Made by a program: the position numbers and the translations under genes. A DNA stretch of 63,379 nt, counting the filler, from Octopus bimaculoides (taxonomy: Eukaryota), in NCBI RefSeq assembly GCF_001194135.2. It is 5 parts of 5 records of this genome, joined end to end, with 100 filler letters (N's around TTAATTAATTAA, not from the genome) between each part and the next. Parts side by side here need not be neighbours in the genome. Positions count along the whole stretch, not along the records: positions 21,995 to 35,946 come from NC_068998.1; positions 36,047 to 54,791 come from NC_068986.1; 3 more parts are not named here. One strand, given 5' to 3'. Positions 34,059-47,495 of this stretch are shown piece after piece. Positions within the stretch are counted from its first letter, which is position 1. Each line of letters opens with the position of its first letter. The notes beneath the pieces were generated by a model. That model saw only the letters and a list, made by a program, of their open reading frames with translations, made no database searches and was not told the origin of the DNA.

Positions 34059-35946
34059 CCGACTGCTATTTTCAATAAACATTGGTGCTTTGTTGTACTA
34101 CTACTTTATTTNNNNNNNNNNNNNNNNNNNNNNNNNNNNNNNNNNNNNNNNNNNNNNNNNNNNNNNNNNNNNNNNNNNNNNNNNNNNNNNNNNNNNNNNN
34201 NNNNNNNNNNNNNNNNNNNNNNNNNNNNNNNNNNNNNNNNNNNNNNNNNNNNNNNNNNNNNNNNNNNNNNNNNNNNNNNNNNNNNNNNNNNNNNNNNNNN
34301 NNNNNNNNNNNNNNNNNNNNNNNNNNNNNNNNNNNNNNNNNNNNNNNNNNNNNNNNNNNNNNNNNNNNNNNNNNNNNNNNNNNNNNNNNNNNNNNNNNNN
34401 NNNNNNNNNNNNNNNNNNNNNNNNNNNNNNNNNNNNNNNNNNNNNNNNNNNNNNNNNNNNNNNNNNNNNNNNNNNNNNNNNNNNNNNNNNNNNNNNNNNN
34501 NNNNNNNNNNNNNNNNNNNNNNNNNNNNNNNNNNNNNNNNNNNNNNNNNNNNNNNNNNNNNNNNNNNNNNNNNNNNNNNNNNNNNNNNNNNNNNNNNNNN
34601 NNNNNNNNNNNNNNNNNNNNNNNNNNNNNNNNNNNNNNNNNNNNNNNNNNNNNNNNNNNNNNNNNNNNNNNNNNNNNNNNNNNNNNNNNNNNNNNNNNNN
34701 NNNNNNNNNNNNNNNNNNNNNNNNNNNNNNNNNNNNNNNNNNNNNNNNNNNNNNNNNNNNNNNNNNNNNNNNNNNNNNNNNNNNNNNNNNNNNNNNNNNN
34801 NNNNNNNNNNNNNNNNNNNNNNNNNNNNNNNNNNNNNNNNNNNNNNNNNNNNNNNNNNNNNNNNNCCGACATCGTTCACATGCGCCTGACTCGGGCTCAG
34901 AAGTTTTCTTGAAACAATAAATTTCTATAGAAATTAGGATTTAAATTCCAATGTATTAAAAATTTCCGTTCTACAATATTCTTAAAGGAACGAAAAATTA
35001 CCCAGCAACTCGGGCTAATACGAACGAGCCTGGTAGGTGTAAAAGACTAACTGGCATCTCTTGTCAAGAGTACAGGCGACAGTCAGATCGCTGATGTTTG
35101 TTATGCAATCCACTGTCTTTACTTGATTGCCGTTATTCTGTGCGTCTGTGTTGTGTTTTGCAGCGTTGCCTTATTTTTACCCTTAACTCAGAAATGGAGA
35201 AAGACATAGTGCTAGATATAAAAAAAATAAGCCATTGAGACTAGAAATATTGCGGTAAAACATGAAATTTTTCGAACAGGCATGTATCTTATGCGAAATC
35301 AGTGATGAGTGCGAGTGACGCTGGTGACTTGGCGTCATTTCTGATATAATCTTAATATATAAAGCTGAAGTTGTGTGTCTGTGTGAAGCCTTTTTAAAAG
35401 TTTATAGAAATCCACATTTTCCACTTTTTCGTTAAAATTTTTACATCAATGGAATTTTCTCGATCTGAACTTTCCAGTGCAGTAATTAGATTTTTAAAAT
35501 TCCGTTTACTTTGTGTGATTTAAGGGAGATTTGGCTGTTGTTTCTAGCAAATTTTATATTTATTCCCTTCTACCTGGAGCAGCGTTCTAACACACGCGCT
35601 CAACAGAGAGAGAAAGTGATACATACAACGTCATAGATTAAACTTTCTTCTCAGTATTCTTTACTTATTTTTCGTAACATTGATACGTAAAAACACACAC
35701 AGCCACACATACGTAATCTGTGACAACAACATACACATTGCTCCAGTTCTCTATTTCCTCCTCTTCCTCTCTTCCTCTCTTGCTCTCTCAAATGCATACA
35801 CGTGCAAGTAAACACAATCATTCACGTTCGTTAATGTGGCATAACTACAGAGTTGTACCCACCGACTTTGGAAGGTCATAACTTTCAGAAAAATGAATAT
35901 TTTTTTCTGAAATTTTCTATGCATATATTATTTATTATGTAGATTC

Positions 35947-36046
35947 NNNNNNNNNNNNNNNNNNNNNNNNNNNNNNNNNNNNNNNNNNNNTTAATTAATT
36001 AANNNNNNNNNNNNNNNNNNNNNNNNNNNNNNNNNNNNNNNNNNNN
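35947..36046. other. Artificial scaffold join (44 N + TTAATTAATTAA + 44 N)
   Basis: Same layout as 21895-21994. Confidence 0.95.
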
Positions 36047-36925
36047 AGATAGGGACCGTCGGACTCTTACACGAATTGTTAGAAAGGATCACAAAAGTAC
36101 AGCTCCCAAAATTACTGCAGAGCTTAATGATCACCTCGAGAACCCAGTTTCCACAAAAACTGTTCGCCGGGAGCTGCACAAAGCCTGATTTCACGGGAGG
36201 GCTGCAATCAGAAAACCACTACTTTCAAGAACAAACGTTGCAAAGCGTTTAGAGTGGAGTAAAAACCTACAGAATTGGTCCCTAGAGCAGTGGAAGAATG
36301 TTATTTTGTCAGACGAGTCATCCTTTACCTTATTTCCGACCACCGACCGAGTATACGTGTGGAGGCAGCCAAAAGAAACATTTGACCCAGACTGCCGTTA
36401 AACACGGAGGAGGATCTGTGATAATCTGTGGGGCTATATCTTGGAATTCTGTTGGCTCAATTGTTTCCCTTCATGGCAGAATTAAGAGTCAAGACTATTT
36501 AAGCATTTTATCCGATCAAATTCATTCTATGGTTGCGGAACTGTTTCCGGAGGGAAACGCAATCTTTCAGGATGATAATGCACCAATTCACACAACTGTT
36601 ACTGAATGGCACGAGGAACATTCTAGTGAAGTTGAACATCTTATCTGGCCACCACAGTCCCCAGATCTCAATATTATTGTACATTTATGGTGCATTTTAG
36701 AAAAACAAGTAAGGAGTCGATATCCTCCACCTTCATCACTGAAAGAACTGGAGAGTGTTTTAGCTGAAGAATGGACAAAAATTCCTTTGGAAACAATTCA
36801 AACTTTGTACGAGTCCTTACCTCGTAGAATTCAAGCTGTAACTATTGCCAAAGGCGGGCCTACCCCATATTATAATTAATTTGTTTGAAATTTTAAGGTA
36901 TTTCTATTATTTTGTCCAACCCCTG
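36047..36925 (+). mobile_element. Tc1-family DNA transposon remnant: disrupted DDE transposase and right TIR, left end lost at the join
   Basis: DRDRRTLTRIV..STKTVRRELHKA*..ILSDESSF..KHGGGSV..FQDDNAPIH..WPPQSPDLNII..KGGPTPY; stop at 36186; frameshift near 36390; ends ...gtccaacccctg followed by TA. Confidence 0.92.
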
Positions 36926-37104
36926 TATGTATGTTTAGCTAAATAAACAGATGAAAAAACTCAATACGTGAAACGAATTACAGGTATAGCAGAGAATGCC
37001 ACAAGATTTACTCAAGGCTCGAGAATTTCATAGAAAAGGATTTTTCTTACGGAAAGCTTCTAACTCTGAAGTATTCCGGAGAATAACACCGGATTTACTC
37101 AAGG

Positions 37105-37353
37105 CAGTGGTTCTCAGCCATTTATTGCCTATGGACCCCTTTAATTCCTATTTTGTCCAGATGCCCCCCTCTCATACTCATTCAATCCTTAAATAAATTC
37201 TATTATATTTTTATAGATGAATATTATTAGAAATTGTATGAAAAAAAATTGCTAAAATATTTTGTGTATTGTTGAAATATAACCAATTTATTGAACCTAA
37301 ATTTTGACAACAAAATCTTATATGAATTCCAAGGATCGTGTTGCGAATCACTG
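37105..37353. mobile_element. hAT (Charlie-like) MITE
   Basis: Termini CAGTGGTTCTCAG ... TTGCGAATCACTG; partial related copy near 18121-18200. Confidence 0.65.
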
Positions 37354-38035
37354 TTCGAGAATTTCCTGGAAATGGACTTTTGAAACAGAAAATTTTAGAC
37401 ATTCGGTTAACTCTCTTCGTATTTCAGTGAACACTACGAACATACTTTCGTGGGCACGCGCGCAAATTTGTATGTGCAATTACGTATGAGTATATAACGT
37501 ATAAACATGAACACATAGATACATCTATAACTTTGCCCTCAAAAGATATTTAAAGATTTTACAGTGTATGTTATGTAATTAATTGAATGCAAATACTGAC
37601 TCAAATATATTTACATAGAGGCATTCAGGTTCATATACACATATGAGTACAAATTTTGTTGTACTCACCTAGGACACGTTCATATATACATAAACATTCG
37701 CTCGCGCACGCACACATACACGCACATACATATACATATGTGTGTAAACCTATGTCTATCACTAGACATTAATGTTTGTGAATATGTATATGTCCGTGTG
37801 TGTGAGTATGCGTGCGCACACATGAGACATTAATAACCCTGTCCAGGGGAGTGGTGACACAATATCACAATGTACTCCCTTGTAATATCAGCTAATGATT
37901 CGGTTAATTATAGTTTAAATGAGTTCAGGGTTAAACTTGACACTAACATCACATCACACAACACGTAACCCCGACCATCTCTCTCTTTCTCTCTCTCCTC
38001 CTCTCTCTCTCCCTCTCTCTCCCTCTCTCTCTCCC

Positions 38036-38084
<49 letters not shown>

Positions 38085-38599
38085 CTATACACACACACAT
38101 GCAGGAACACACATCTACTCATTCATATATTTATCTATCTTTCCATCTGCAATTAGATGTCTGTCGTTTTCTCAATATATCATGTATATATTGTTCATTA
38201 AGGCAGACAAATACTTATATACATACATGTGAAAAACAGCTTATATATATACACACATACATTTAACATTACATACATACATACATATGAATACAAGAAT
38301 TTTAATGGATATAAAGTTCCAGTATATAGTACAACTGTTTTTTCGCTCGTATATGAGCTAAGGATTAATAAAATTTGGTCATTTAGACAAGCAAATTCAT
38401 AATTCAGATGTATGACATGAGATATTATTCCATTCAAATAACCACATATTTATCTTAAGACATAGATGATAAGAATATAGAAATATAAGAATATAAACAC
38501 AAAAAAATAAAAGAAAAAACATAAAAATATATAACGAGTACCATGAAAGCATAAAATATAGTTAAAATACATTACAGGAGGCGATTGAAAGGATATATA

Positions 38600-38646
<47 letters not shown>

Positions 38647-39448
38647 NNNNNNNNNNNNNNNNNNNNNNNNNNNNNNNNNNNNNNNNNNNNNNNNNNNNNN
38701 NNNNNNNNNNNNNNNNNNNNNNNNNNNNNNNNNNNNNNNNNNNNNNNNNNNNNNNNNNNNNNNNNNNNNNNNNNNNNNNNNNNNNNNNNNNNNNNNNNNN
38801 NNNNNNNNNNNNNNNNNNNNNNNNNNNNNNNNNNNNNNNNNNNNNNNNNNNNNNNNNNNNNNNNNNNNNNNNNNNNNNNNNNNNNNNNNNNNNNNNNNNN
38901 NNNNNNNNNNNNNNNNNNNNNNNNNNNNNNNNNNNNNNNNNNNNNNNNNNNNNNNNNNNNNNNNNNNNNNNNNNNNNNNNNNNNNNNNNNNNNNNNNNNN
39001 NNNNNNNNNNNNNNNNNNNNNNNNNNNNNNNNNNNNNNNNNNNNNNNNNNNNNNNNNNNNNNNNNNNNNNNNNNNNNNNNNNNNNNNNNNNNNNNNNNNN
39101 NNNNNNNNNNNNNNNNNNNNNNNNNNNNNNNNNNNNNNNNNNNNNNNNNNNNNNNNNNNNNNNNNNNNNNNNNNNNNNNNNNNNNNNNNNNNNNNNNNNN
39201 NNNNNNNNNNNNNNNNNNNNNNNNNNNNNNNNNNNNNNNNNNNNNNNNNNNNNNNNNNNNNNNNNNNNNNNNNNNNNNNNNNNNNNNNNNNNNNNNNNNN
39301 NNNNNNNNNNNNNNNNNNNNNNNNNNNNNNNNNNNNNNNNNNNNNNNNNNNNNNNNNNNNNNNNNNNNNNNNNNNNNNNTGAGTCTGACAAGTGGCCTAT
39401 ACGGCTAAGCGCTTTTATAGGTGCGAAACGAACGATCACTCTGCGTGT

Positions 39449-39485
<37 letters not shown>

Positions 39486-39969
39486 ATATATATATATACA
39501 TAGAAAGAGAGAGGAAGAGGACGTGAAAGAGAAAGGGAGAGAGAGAAAGAGAGATGTATGTATGTACGTATGTGTATATGTATGTATGAAAAATTGTTCA
39601 TTTGTTTTATGCATCTGAAATAGGCGTAAAAGCCTTTACGCTTTTTACAGCGCAAACCTGCATTTAATTTTTACAGGAAATGCTTTCGCTTATTCTTGAC
39701 ATAAGATAATGTACTAAAAAATATGCCTAAGTGTCGTATTAGATACGATTCAGATGTCAATTTTGATAGAACTGACAGATCGCCATTATCCTGGGGCCAA
39801 ACAATATGCCACTTGCTGCTCTCTTAACCTGACTGCAGATATTGCAAGATCGTTGTTATCGGCTTTTAATGGCGCTAACTTTGAAAAATCTCCGAAAATG
39901 ATGATGGAAAAAAGACCATCTTTAAATTATTTTTAAGACTATATTTTCTAGATTATATTCATGAACGAA

Positions 39970-40340
39970 ACACTTGACTGTGTGATTAAGAAGCTTGCTT
40001 TGCAGCCAAATGATTTCAAGTTCAGTCCTACTGCGTGGTACCTTGGCCAAGTGTCTTCAATCATAGACCCGGGCCATCCAATTACCTTGTGAATAAATTT
40101 GGTTGGCAGAAACTACGCGAATTCCGTCGTTTGTGTGTGTGTGTGTGTGTGTCTTTATGTTTGTGTATATCCCCACCTGCTCCCGTTTGACTGGTGTTAT
40201 TTTGTTTACATTGTCAAACGAGGCCGATAGAATAAGTACTAGACTTTAAATATACATTGGATTCGATTTGTTCGACTAAACCCTTGAAGGTGGTGCCCCA
40301 GATTGGCCGCAGTCCAATGATAGAACTAGTCAAAAGACAA
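39970..40340 (+). mobile_element. SINE family A, old complete copy with internal (GT)n
   Basis: Diverged head, body and 3' module. Confidence 0.65.
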
Positions 40341-42110
40341 AAGAATGGTATGAGAAAACACAACACGACTCTCAAACAAAAATTACTCGTGTAGAGTAAT
40401 CAAAACTGCGAGTACTTATTCAGAATCGAAACTGCATCTCTCGTCGCCGTTCCTTTGCAATTACTTTTATACTATTTATCAATGTCGGCTTACAGTTCCC
40501 ACTTTTTCTGAAAACCAGAAACGAATACTTAGATTTATTATCTTTTTATCTCCTCCGATATACAGTTAATGTTTCACCTGCATATTTTGACTTCGCTTCG
40601 CTCAGATGCAAGTCTCTTAATTCGTGACTTAGTCAAGGGAGGTTGAATTCATGACCTTTATTGTAGTGCCGTGTTGGATAACTGACAGGGAGACGGTTTT
40701 TCTTAGTGTAAAGAACTGGTATAAATATCAAATAACAAAAGAGTGGACGCCGGTAAAGTCAACCAAGGGCCAGCTGGTTGTTTTATAAGCAAACTTACAC
40801 AAACATACACATATACATATACACGTACACACACACACACACACACCTGATGAAGGAAAATGTTCTCTATGTGGCTTGTGTGTTTTCTTGTCTACGTTTT
40901 GTTTGCAATGTCCTGTACCCAGATATGCACCTATACATACAGGTGGATGTCGGTATGCACATACCTGTACGTATATATGCATATACTCATTTACTATTTG
41001 TTTTTACATGACCGAACGCAGCGTCACCAATTTGTAAGTAGTTATCGCAACTTTATATTTTCCGACGCTACTCTATCTCTTNNNNNNNNNNNNNNNNNNN
41101 NNNNNNNNNNNNNNNNNNNNNNNNNNNNNNNNNNNNNNNNNNNNNNNNNNNNNNNNNNNNNNNNNNNNNNNNNNNNNNNNNNNNNNNNNNNNNNNNNNNN
41201 NNNNNNNNNNNNNNNNNNNNNNNNNNNNNNNNNNNNNNNNNNNNNNNNNNNNNNNNNNNNNNNNNNNNNNNNNNNNNNNNNNNNNNNNNNNNNNNNNNNN
41301 NNNNNNNNNNNNNNNNNNNNNNNNNNNNNNNNNNNNNNNNNNNNNNNNNNNNNNNNNNNNNNNNNNNNNNNNNNNNNNNNNNNNNNNNNNNNNNNNNNNN
41401 NNNNNNNNNNNNNNNNNNNNNNNNNNNNNNNNNNNNNNNNNNNNNNNNNNNNNNNNNNNNNNNNNNNNNNNNNNNNNNNNNNNNNNNNNNNNNNNNNNNN
41501 NNNNNNNNNNNNNNNNNNNNNNNNNNNNNNNNNNNNNNNNNNNNNNNNNNNNNNNNNNNNNNNNNNNNNNNNNNNNNNNNNNNNNNNNNNNNNNNNNNNN
41601 NNNNNNNNNNNNNNNNNNNNNNNNNNNNNNNNNNNNNNNNNNNNNNNNNNNNNNNNNNNNNNNNNNNNNNNNNNNNNNNNNNNNNNNNNNNNNNNNNNNN
41701 NNNNNNNNNNNNNNNNNNNNNNNNNNNNNNNNNNNNNNNNNNNNNNNNNNNNNNNNNNNNNNNNNNNNNNNNNNNNNNNNNNNNNNNNNNNNNNNNNNNN
41801 NNNNNNNNNNNNNNNNNNNNNNNNNNNNNNNNNNNNNNNNNNNNNNNNNNNNNNNNNNNNNNNNNNNNNNNNNNNNNNNNNNNNNNNNNNNNNNNNNNNN
41901 NNNNNNNNNNNNNNNNNNNNNNNNNNNNNNNNNNNNNNNNNNNNNNNAACAACAAACAGGTGTATTAGTTTTACACTCATAAAAGTGAAGAAGTCTTTTA
42001 CGTTACGAGTGTAACGCTCTTCAACAGAAAGGAGCACGAGGAAATAAACAGAGAAAGAATGAAGAAACTTTAGGAGCCAACGGTCAATCATATATATATA
42101 TCGATGGCCC

Positions 42111-42171
42111 GATAACTGAAGAGATGGTGGCGTGGGTTTCCGCCCCGACATCCGAAACTCGGAGTTTTATC
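42111..42171 (+). ncRNA. Minimal type-I hammerhead-ribozyme-like motif
   Basis: GATAA-CTGAAGA-GATG..GGCG..CGCC..CATC-C-GAAA-CTC-G-GAG-TT-TTATC: perfect 5-bp stem I, extended stem II, palindromic stem III ACTC-G-GAGT, GUU triplet. Confidence 0.62.
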
Positions 42172-42208
42172 ATGGCTACCGAATAATTGTCACATATTAT
42201 ATTTACAG

Positions 42209-42248
<40 letters not shown>

Positions 42249-42363
42249 GGATGTTATTGTTTACAATAATATCAAGTGGCATAGCAAGCGTAAAAAAAAA
42301 TACCATAAGGTTAAAAAATTATTAATTAATAATAACGGGTGCTACAAATAGCACCAGCACGAC

Positions 42364-42720
42364 AGAAGACAACTACAACCACAAATTTTCACTGATACCC
42401 ATTAATTGAAATCAGGAGAATAAGCAGAAATTCTAAGCTCCCGTACCAATAACAAAAAGAATTCAACTGTCTATTTCAAGCAATGTACGCGATGACCGTT
42501 TTTAATACCGGGCAGTTTCTATGACCCTTGGGTCAGTAAGACTCACTGATGAGAACTAAGTAATATTTTCACAAAGATTGAAATCGTGACGGTACGGGTA
42601 TCTCTGGCCTTTCAATTTAGTATTCTTTTCGTTATTGGTACGAAGGCTTAGAATTTCTGCTCATTCCACTAATTTCAATTAATGTGTATCAGTGAAAATT
42701 TGTGGTTGTAGTCCTCTTCT
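42364..42720. mobile_element. Foldback/MITE with ~100-bp inverted arms
   Basis: 42364-42462 pairs with 42622-42720; the spacer holds tgaccc-tt-gggtca and a CTGATGA...GAAA at 42546-42583. Confidence 0.75.
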
Positions 42721-43100
42721 AACTATAGACGTATATACTTATATACATCTATATATATATAGATATATGTATCCCCCTACCTAAAGTATCCCAAAGTATC
42801 CACCTACCTAAATCACATTTGTTATTTTACCTCAAATCAACCCTGATACAGCAAACCTATAATGAAAGACATTCCAGCCCGGTAAAAATCCCTGCCATTA
42901 ATTTGGTGTGGATGTGTAATATAAAATAATTCAATCACAACATATATTTAAATTAAACATGACAAAAATTGAAATGTTATCATCACTTACATGGAAAAAT
43001 TGAAATATTATCTTTCAGTACTTTATAAGGTAAAATTTTAAATTATTAATTTACACATTATTAATTATCGTATAACAGCAATGCCTGGAAAAATCATGGA

Positions 43101-43617
43101 TTACATGGAAAAATGCGAGCATGAAAAGTAATATTCTTAAGATTATAAACCTGGAAATGTACAGGACAAGTTATTACACCTGTAAAAGTATAGGACAAGC
43201 TATTACTTCTAGTAAAGAAAAGAATAAGAAACTTTTTACTTAAAATATTGCAACTAAAATTAAAATTTGAATATTAAAAATTATTTTATTATAGTTTACA
43301 AATAACACTATACTTATTTAAGTAGAATTTGGCTAATTCAATACAGAAAAATACAGAAAAAAGTGACTAATTAGACAAACTCACAAATTAGCTGAATAGT
43401 TTTGTACAATAAATATAAAAGATGAGAACTGTAAAGAGGGATAAATTAGAAGAACTGACATTCTTTGCTGCAGTATTTCAAGCAAAAAGTTTCTTATTCT
43501 TTTCTTTACTAGAAGTAACAGCTTGTCCTATACTTTTACAGGTGTAATAACATGTCCTGTACTTTTCCAGGTTTATAATCTTAAGAATATTACTTTTCAT
43601 GCTCACGTTTTTCTATG

Positions 43618-43620
<3 letters not shown>
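43101..43620. mobile_element. Foldback/MITE with ~150-bp inverted arms
   Basis: 43101-43253 is a close reverse complement of 43467-43620. Confidence 0.8.
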
Positions 43621-43658
<38 letters not shown>

Positions 43659-43946
43659 NNNNNNNNNNNNNNNNNNNNNNNNNNNNNNNNNNNNNNNNNN
43701 NNNNNNNNNNNNNNNNNNNNNNNNNNNNNNNNNNNNNNNNNNNNNNNNNNNNNNNNNNNNNNNNNNNNNNNNNNNNNNNNNNNNNNNNNNNNNNNNNNNN
43801 NNNNNNNNNNNNNNNNNNNNNNNNNNNNNNNNNNNNNNNNNNNNNNNNNNNNNNNNNNNNNNNNNNNNNNNNNNNNNNNNNNNNNNNNNNNNNNNNNNNN
43901 NNNNNNNNNNNNNNNNNNNNNNNNNNNNNNNNNNNNNNNNNNNNNN

Positions 43947-43992
<46 letters not shown>

Positions 43993-44155
43993 GACGGGCC
44001 TCTTTCAATTTCCGTCTACTAAATCCACTCACACACACACATACATATGAATTGAATTGAATTGAACCGGTTTCCACCCATGAGCTGTGGCCATACATAT
44101 GTATGTATATTTTTGTATTATGTATATATAATAAATGTACACACATATAATATAC

Positions 44156-44189
<34 letters not shown>

Positions 44190-44318
44190 ATATCGAAAGC
44201 GTCCATCATGGAAATCGGCATGGAGCTCTATCCTGACCATTTAGATCCCAAATTTTGCAATCCTTTCAAGACTAAGCACTTCGGAAGATTCTTTCCCGAT
44301 CTTTGACACGCAGCCTCA

Positions 44319-44460
44319 TTCCCTACCGAAGTCAATTACCGCAGTTTTCTAGCAAGATTAGTAGAGCATTTCTTGCAGAAGATTGGTTTGGAATACAAAC
44401 AACTGAAGAAAGCCATTAGGGAGATAGCTATAGCCATTGAGAGAAACTCAAGTAAGTTGT
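44319..44460 (+). mobile_element. Short decayed C-terminal RLE fragment of an R2-superfamily (Hero-like) retrotransposon
   Basis: FPTEVNYRSFLARLVEHFLQKIGLEYKQLKKAIREIAIAIERNS resembles the P-x-EVG-x-RGF...KAI...AAE pattern, as recalled. Confidence 0.4.
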
Positions 44461-45079
44461 AGCTGACAAGAGACTGTAGATGTAACCCTTATGTAGTTGA
44501 AGACTAATTCAGTCCTCGTCCCGTTAAGGCGAAGTGTACAAATTAAGCGACCTTGAGTTATTTGCTGCATACACATATATACAGATGTTTCAAATAGTAC
44601 GATCAGGAGAAGTGCTTGCAACACCTTTAAGTAGCTCCTGCAGTTTCTGGTTAGAGCAACGCATATTTAATGTTTATTTTATCTATGTTTATGTATATAC
44701 ATAATACATTAATGCATATGCACATACACATGTGTACAGATATGCAGACATGTACATATTATATAGGCAGGGTTAAAAATCCAAGCTGTGTCCTCTTGAA
44801 ACACATCTTTATTTACAATTTGATTTGTTCTTCATTCTTTGTCCAAACTATCTCTACGACTCGCGACTATTGTTTCTGTAGATAAACGCCTAATCCAAAT
44901 GTAAATTTTGTATTATTTGATTCTCTGTCTGAAGAATTTCTAGTAGGAAATTTCTTATATGTTTATCCAACATGTACAACTCCTATTAGTAAATGAAACA
45001 TGTGTAACGGTGAAGAAATAATAGCAATAAATTATTCCAACTATCTGTTTTGATACATGCATGTAGATGAATACAGATA

Positions 45080-45353
<274 letters not shown>

Positions 45354-46159
45354 CATAAATATATATAAACATGCAGACACAGATACATTCGTAGAGGTTC
45401 ACCCCAATAAATACGCAAAGAGACATGCAGACACGCATGCATGCATGCACACACACATGAATACTTATATGCATGCTTACATACATATATGAACGCATTC
45501 ATGCATGCAGACTCAGATACATACATTAATGCATTCATGACATCATGTAGGTATATGTATTTATGTTTTGTTTTTGGTATAAACGGACAGAAAGATAAGT
45601 GTTGTTTCTTATCTGGATGTTTACGTCTAGAAATGTATTTTTTCTGATGTTATATTTATTCCTGAATGATGTGTAAAGAAATTTTGATTTATTAAGTCTC
45701 TTAATGAATTCTTTATACTGAAATATATATTGAAGAAGATAAATATGTTCATTTGAATATATACGTTTTTGCGTCGTAACTCCTTTATTATTATTAATAT
45801 AACCAAAAGGATCGATTCTTGAAGAGTCTGCATACCTTCACTGTCGTTTCTTTCTGCTATTTTGGTGATGATTTTTTGAGTTAGCTTGCCAATTATTTTT
45901 GTTGGTAGTTAATTTATAATATATTGATTGATATATATATATACGTATAAAACTTTCGCTGGTTCTGTATGCATTTACTACAAAGGTTCAGTACACGAAA
46001 CAACTGAAACAAGCAAACCAAATAAGAAAACAATAGTGGACAACATTTCCATACTCGACAGAAATCACAACAAAAATTAGCGATTAATGATGAAAACAAT
46101 ACTCATAGCCAAGCAAATCTAATGAAACACACGCAGACAAGCAGACAGACCGACCGACC

Positions 46160-46191
<32 letters not shown>

Positions 46192-46230
46192 GGCAAGCAG
46201 GCAGGCAGACAGACTGACGGACAGACAGAC

Positions 46231-46332
<102 letters not shown>

Positions 46333-47443
46333 TTTTGTTCATTTTCTTCTCAACCGAAAACTTCCAAATAAATGTTTGTATTTTTTTATTTTTTACTTCT
46401 TATAAAAAGTAAGATATTTCTTCATATGTATGTAAATACGCATGTATACAATTATGTATGAATAATACACGTACGCGTTTATGTATATACGTATGTACTA
46501 TGCATTTATGAAGGTATGAAAATATGTATTCATGCATATACGTATTTCTACGGTAGAATATTGTCGCCTGAAATGCAAAAAAAAAAAAAAATAGCAGCCA
46601 ATTTAAAATAGGAAATAGTATCAGTCGCTAATTTATGTATTGGAAATAAATGTAATTCCCCTTTTGTACAACTAAAAGTTATGAAATCCTACGTGCAAAT
46701 CCACACTACTCGCCAACAAACATGCCAAACGAATTCACACTTACCGACACAGAATATTTAAAACACTTAAACATAACAAACTCTATGATATACTCTAACA
46801 GATACCCGTATTATTTATACAATCTGCAGTTAAATCCTCTTTAATCCGTTGCCATTATTTGTTACTATTTATAGCTACTAACTGTTTTAGTTGTATACAT
46901 AAACTATTACACTTATACCTCTATAGCTCTCTATCATTATGTAACCCGGGTAATTTTAATATTAAGGGCACCAAGCGAAGGTCGAGATCTGCACAACCGT
47001 GTATATACCAAAAACAAACACACCCGTATATATACCCATGCATATATAGACATATTCATACACTTACATATACATGTACATGCACACATCAATATACACA
47101 TGCGTATATATCTATACAGGTGTATGAAATTATATACCCATGCACACCGGTATGCAGTTTCAGGATCAAATATAAGTTCCAGATCCCAAATAGGGAAGGT
47201 TCAACGTATGGTGTTTACATAAAGGAATAAACCATTTGTATTCTTTCTTTAACTCATTCATGTTTTTTCTTTGTGCAGGTTGCACTGGTAACCAGTTGGA
47301 GGAGGATCTGCCTGGGGTTAAAAGGTAGTAACGTCGAACAGCCATATTGATGTGGCGACAAGCATTACTTTTCAATATAGTTATTACTTTCATCTCTTAC
47401 TGAGATTTTCTGTCTACTTTGCTTGTTACATATGTGTGTATGA

Positions 47444-47495
<52 letters not shown>

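Noticed and set aside
35350-35530. Possible Helitron-like 5' end (tcttaatatataaagctgaagttgtgtg)
   Set aside because: No 3' hairpin/CTRR end or second copy identified in the window; too weak to call.
35848-35946. TA-CAGAGTTGTACC end as the left TIR of the Tc1 element at 36047
   Set aside because: It does not match that element's right TIR (reverse complement caggggttggacaaaat) and is separated from it by an artificial join.
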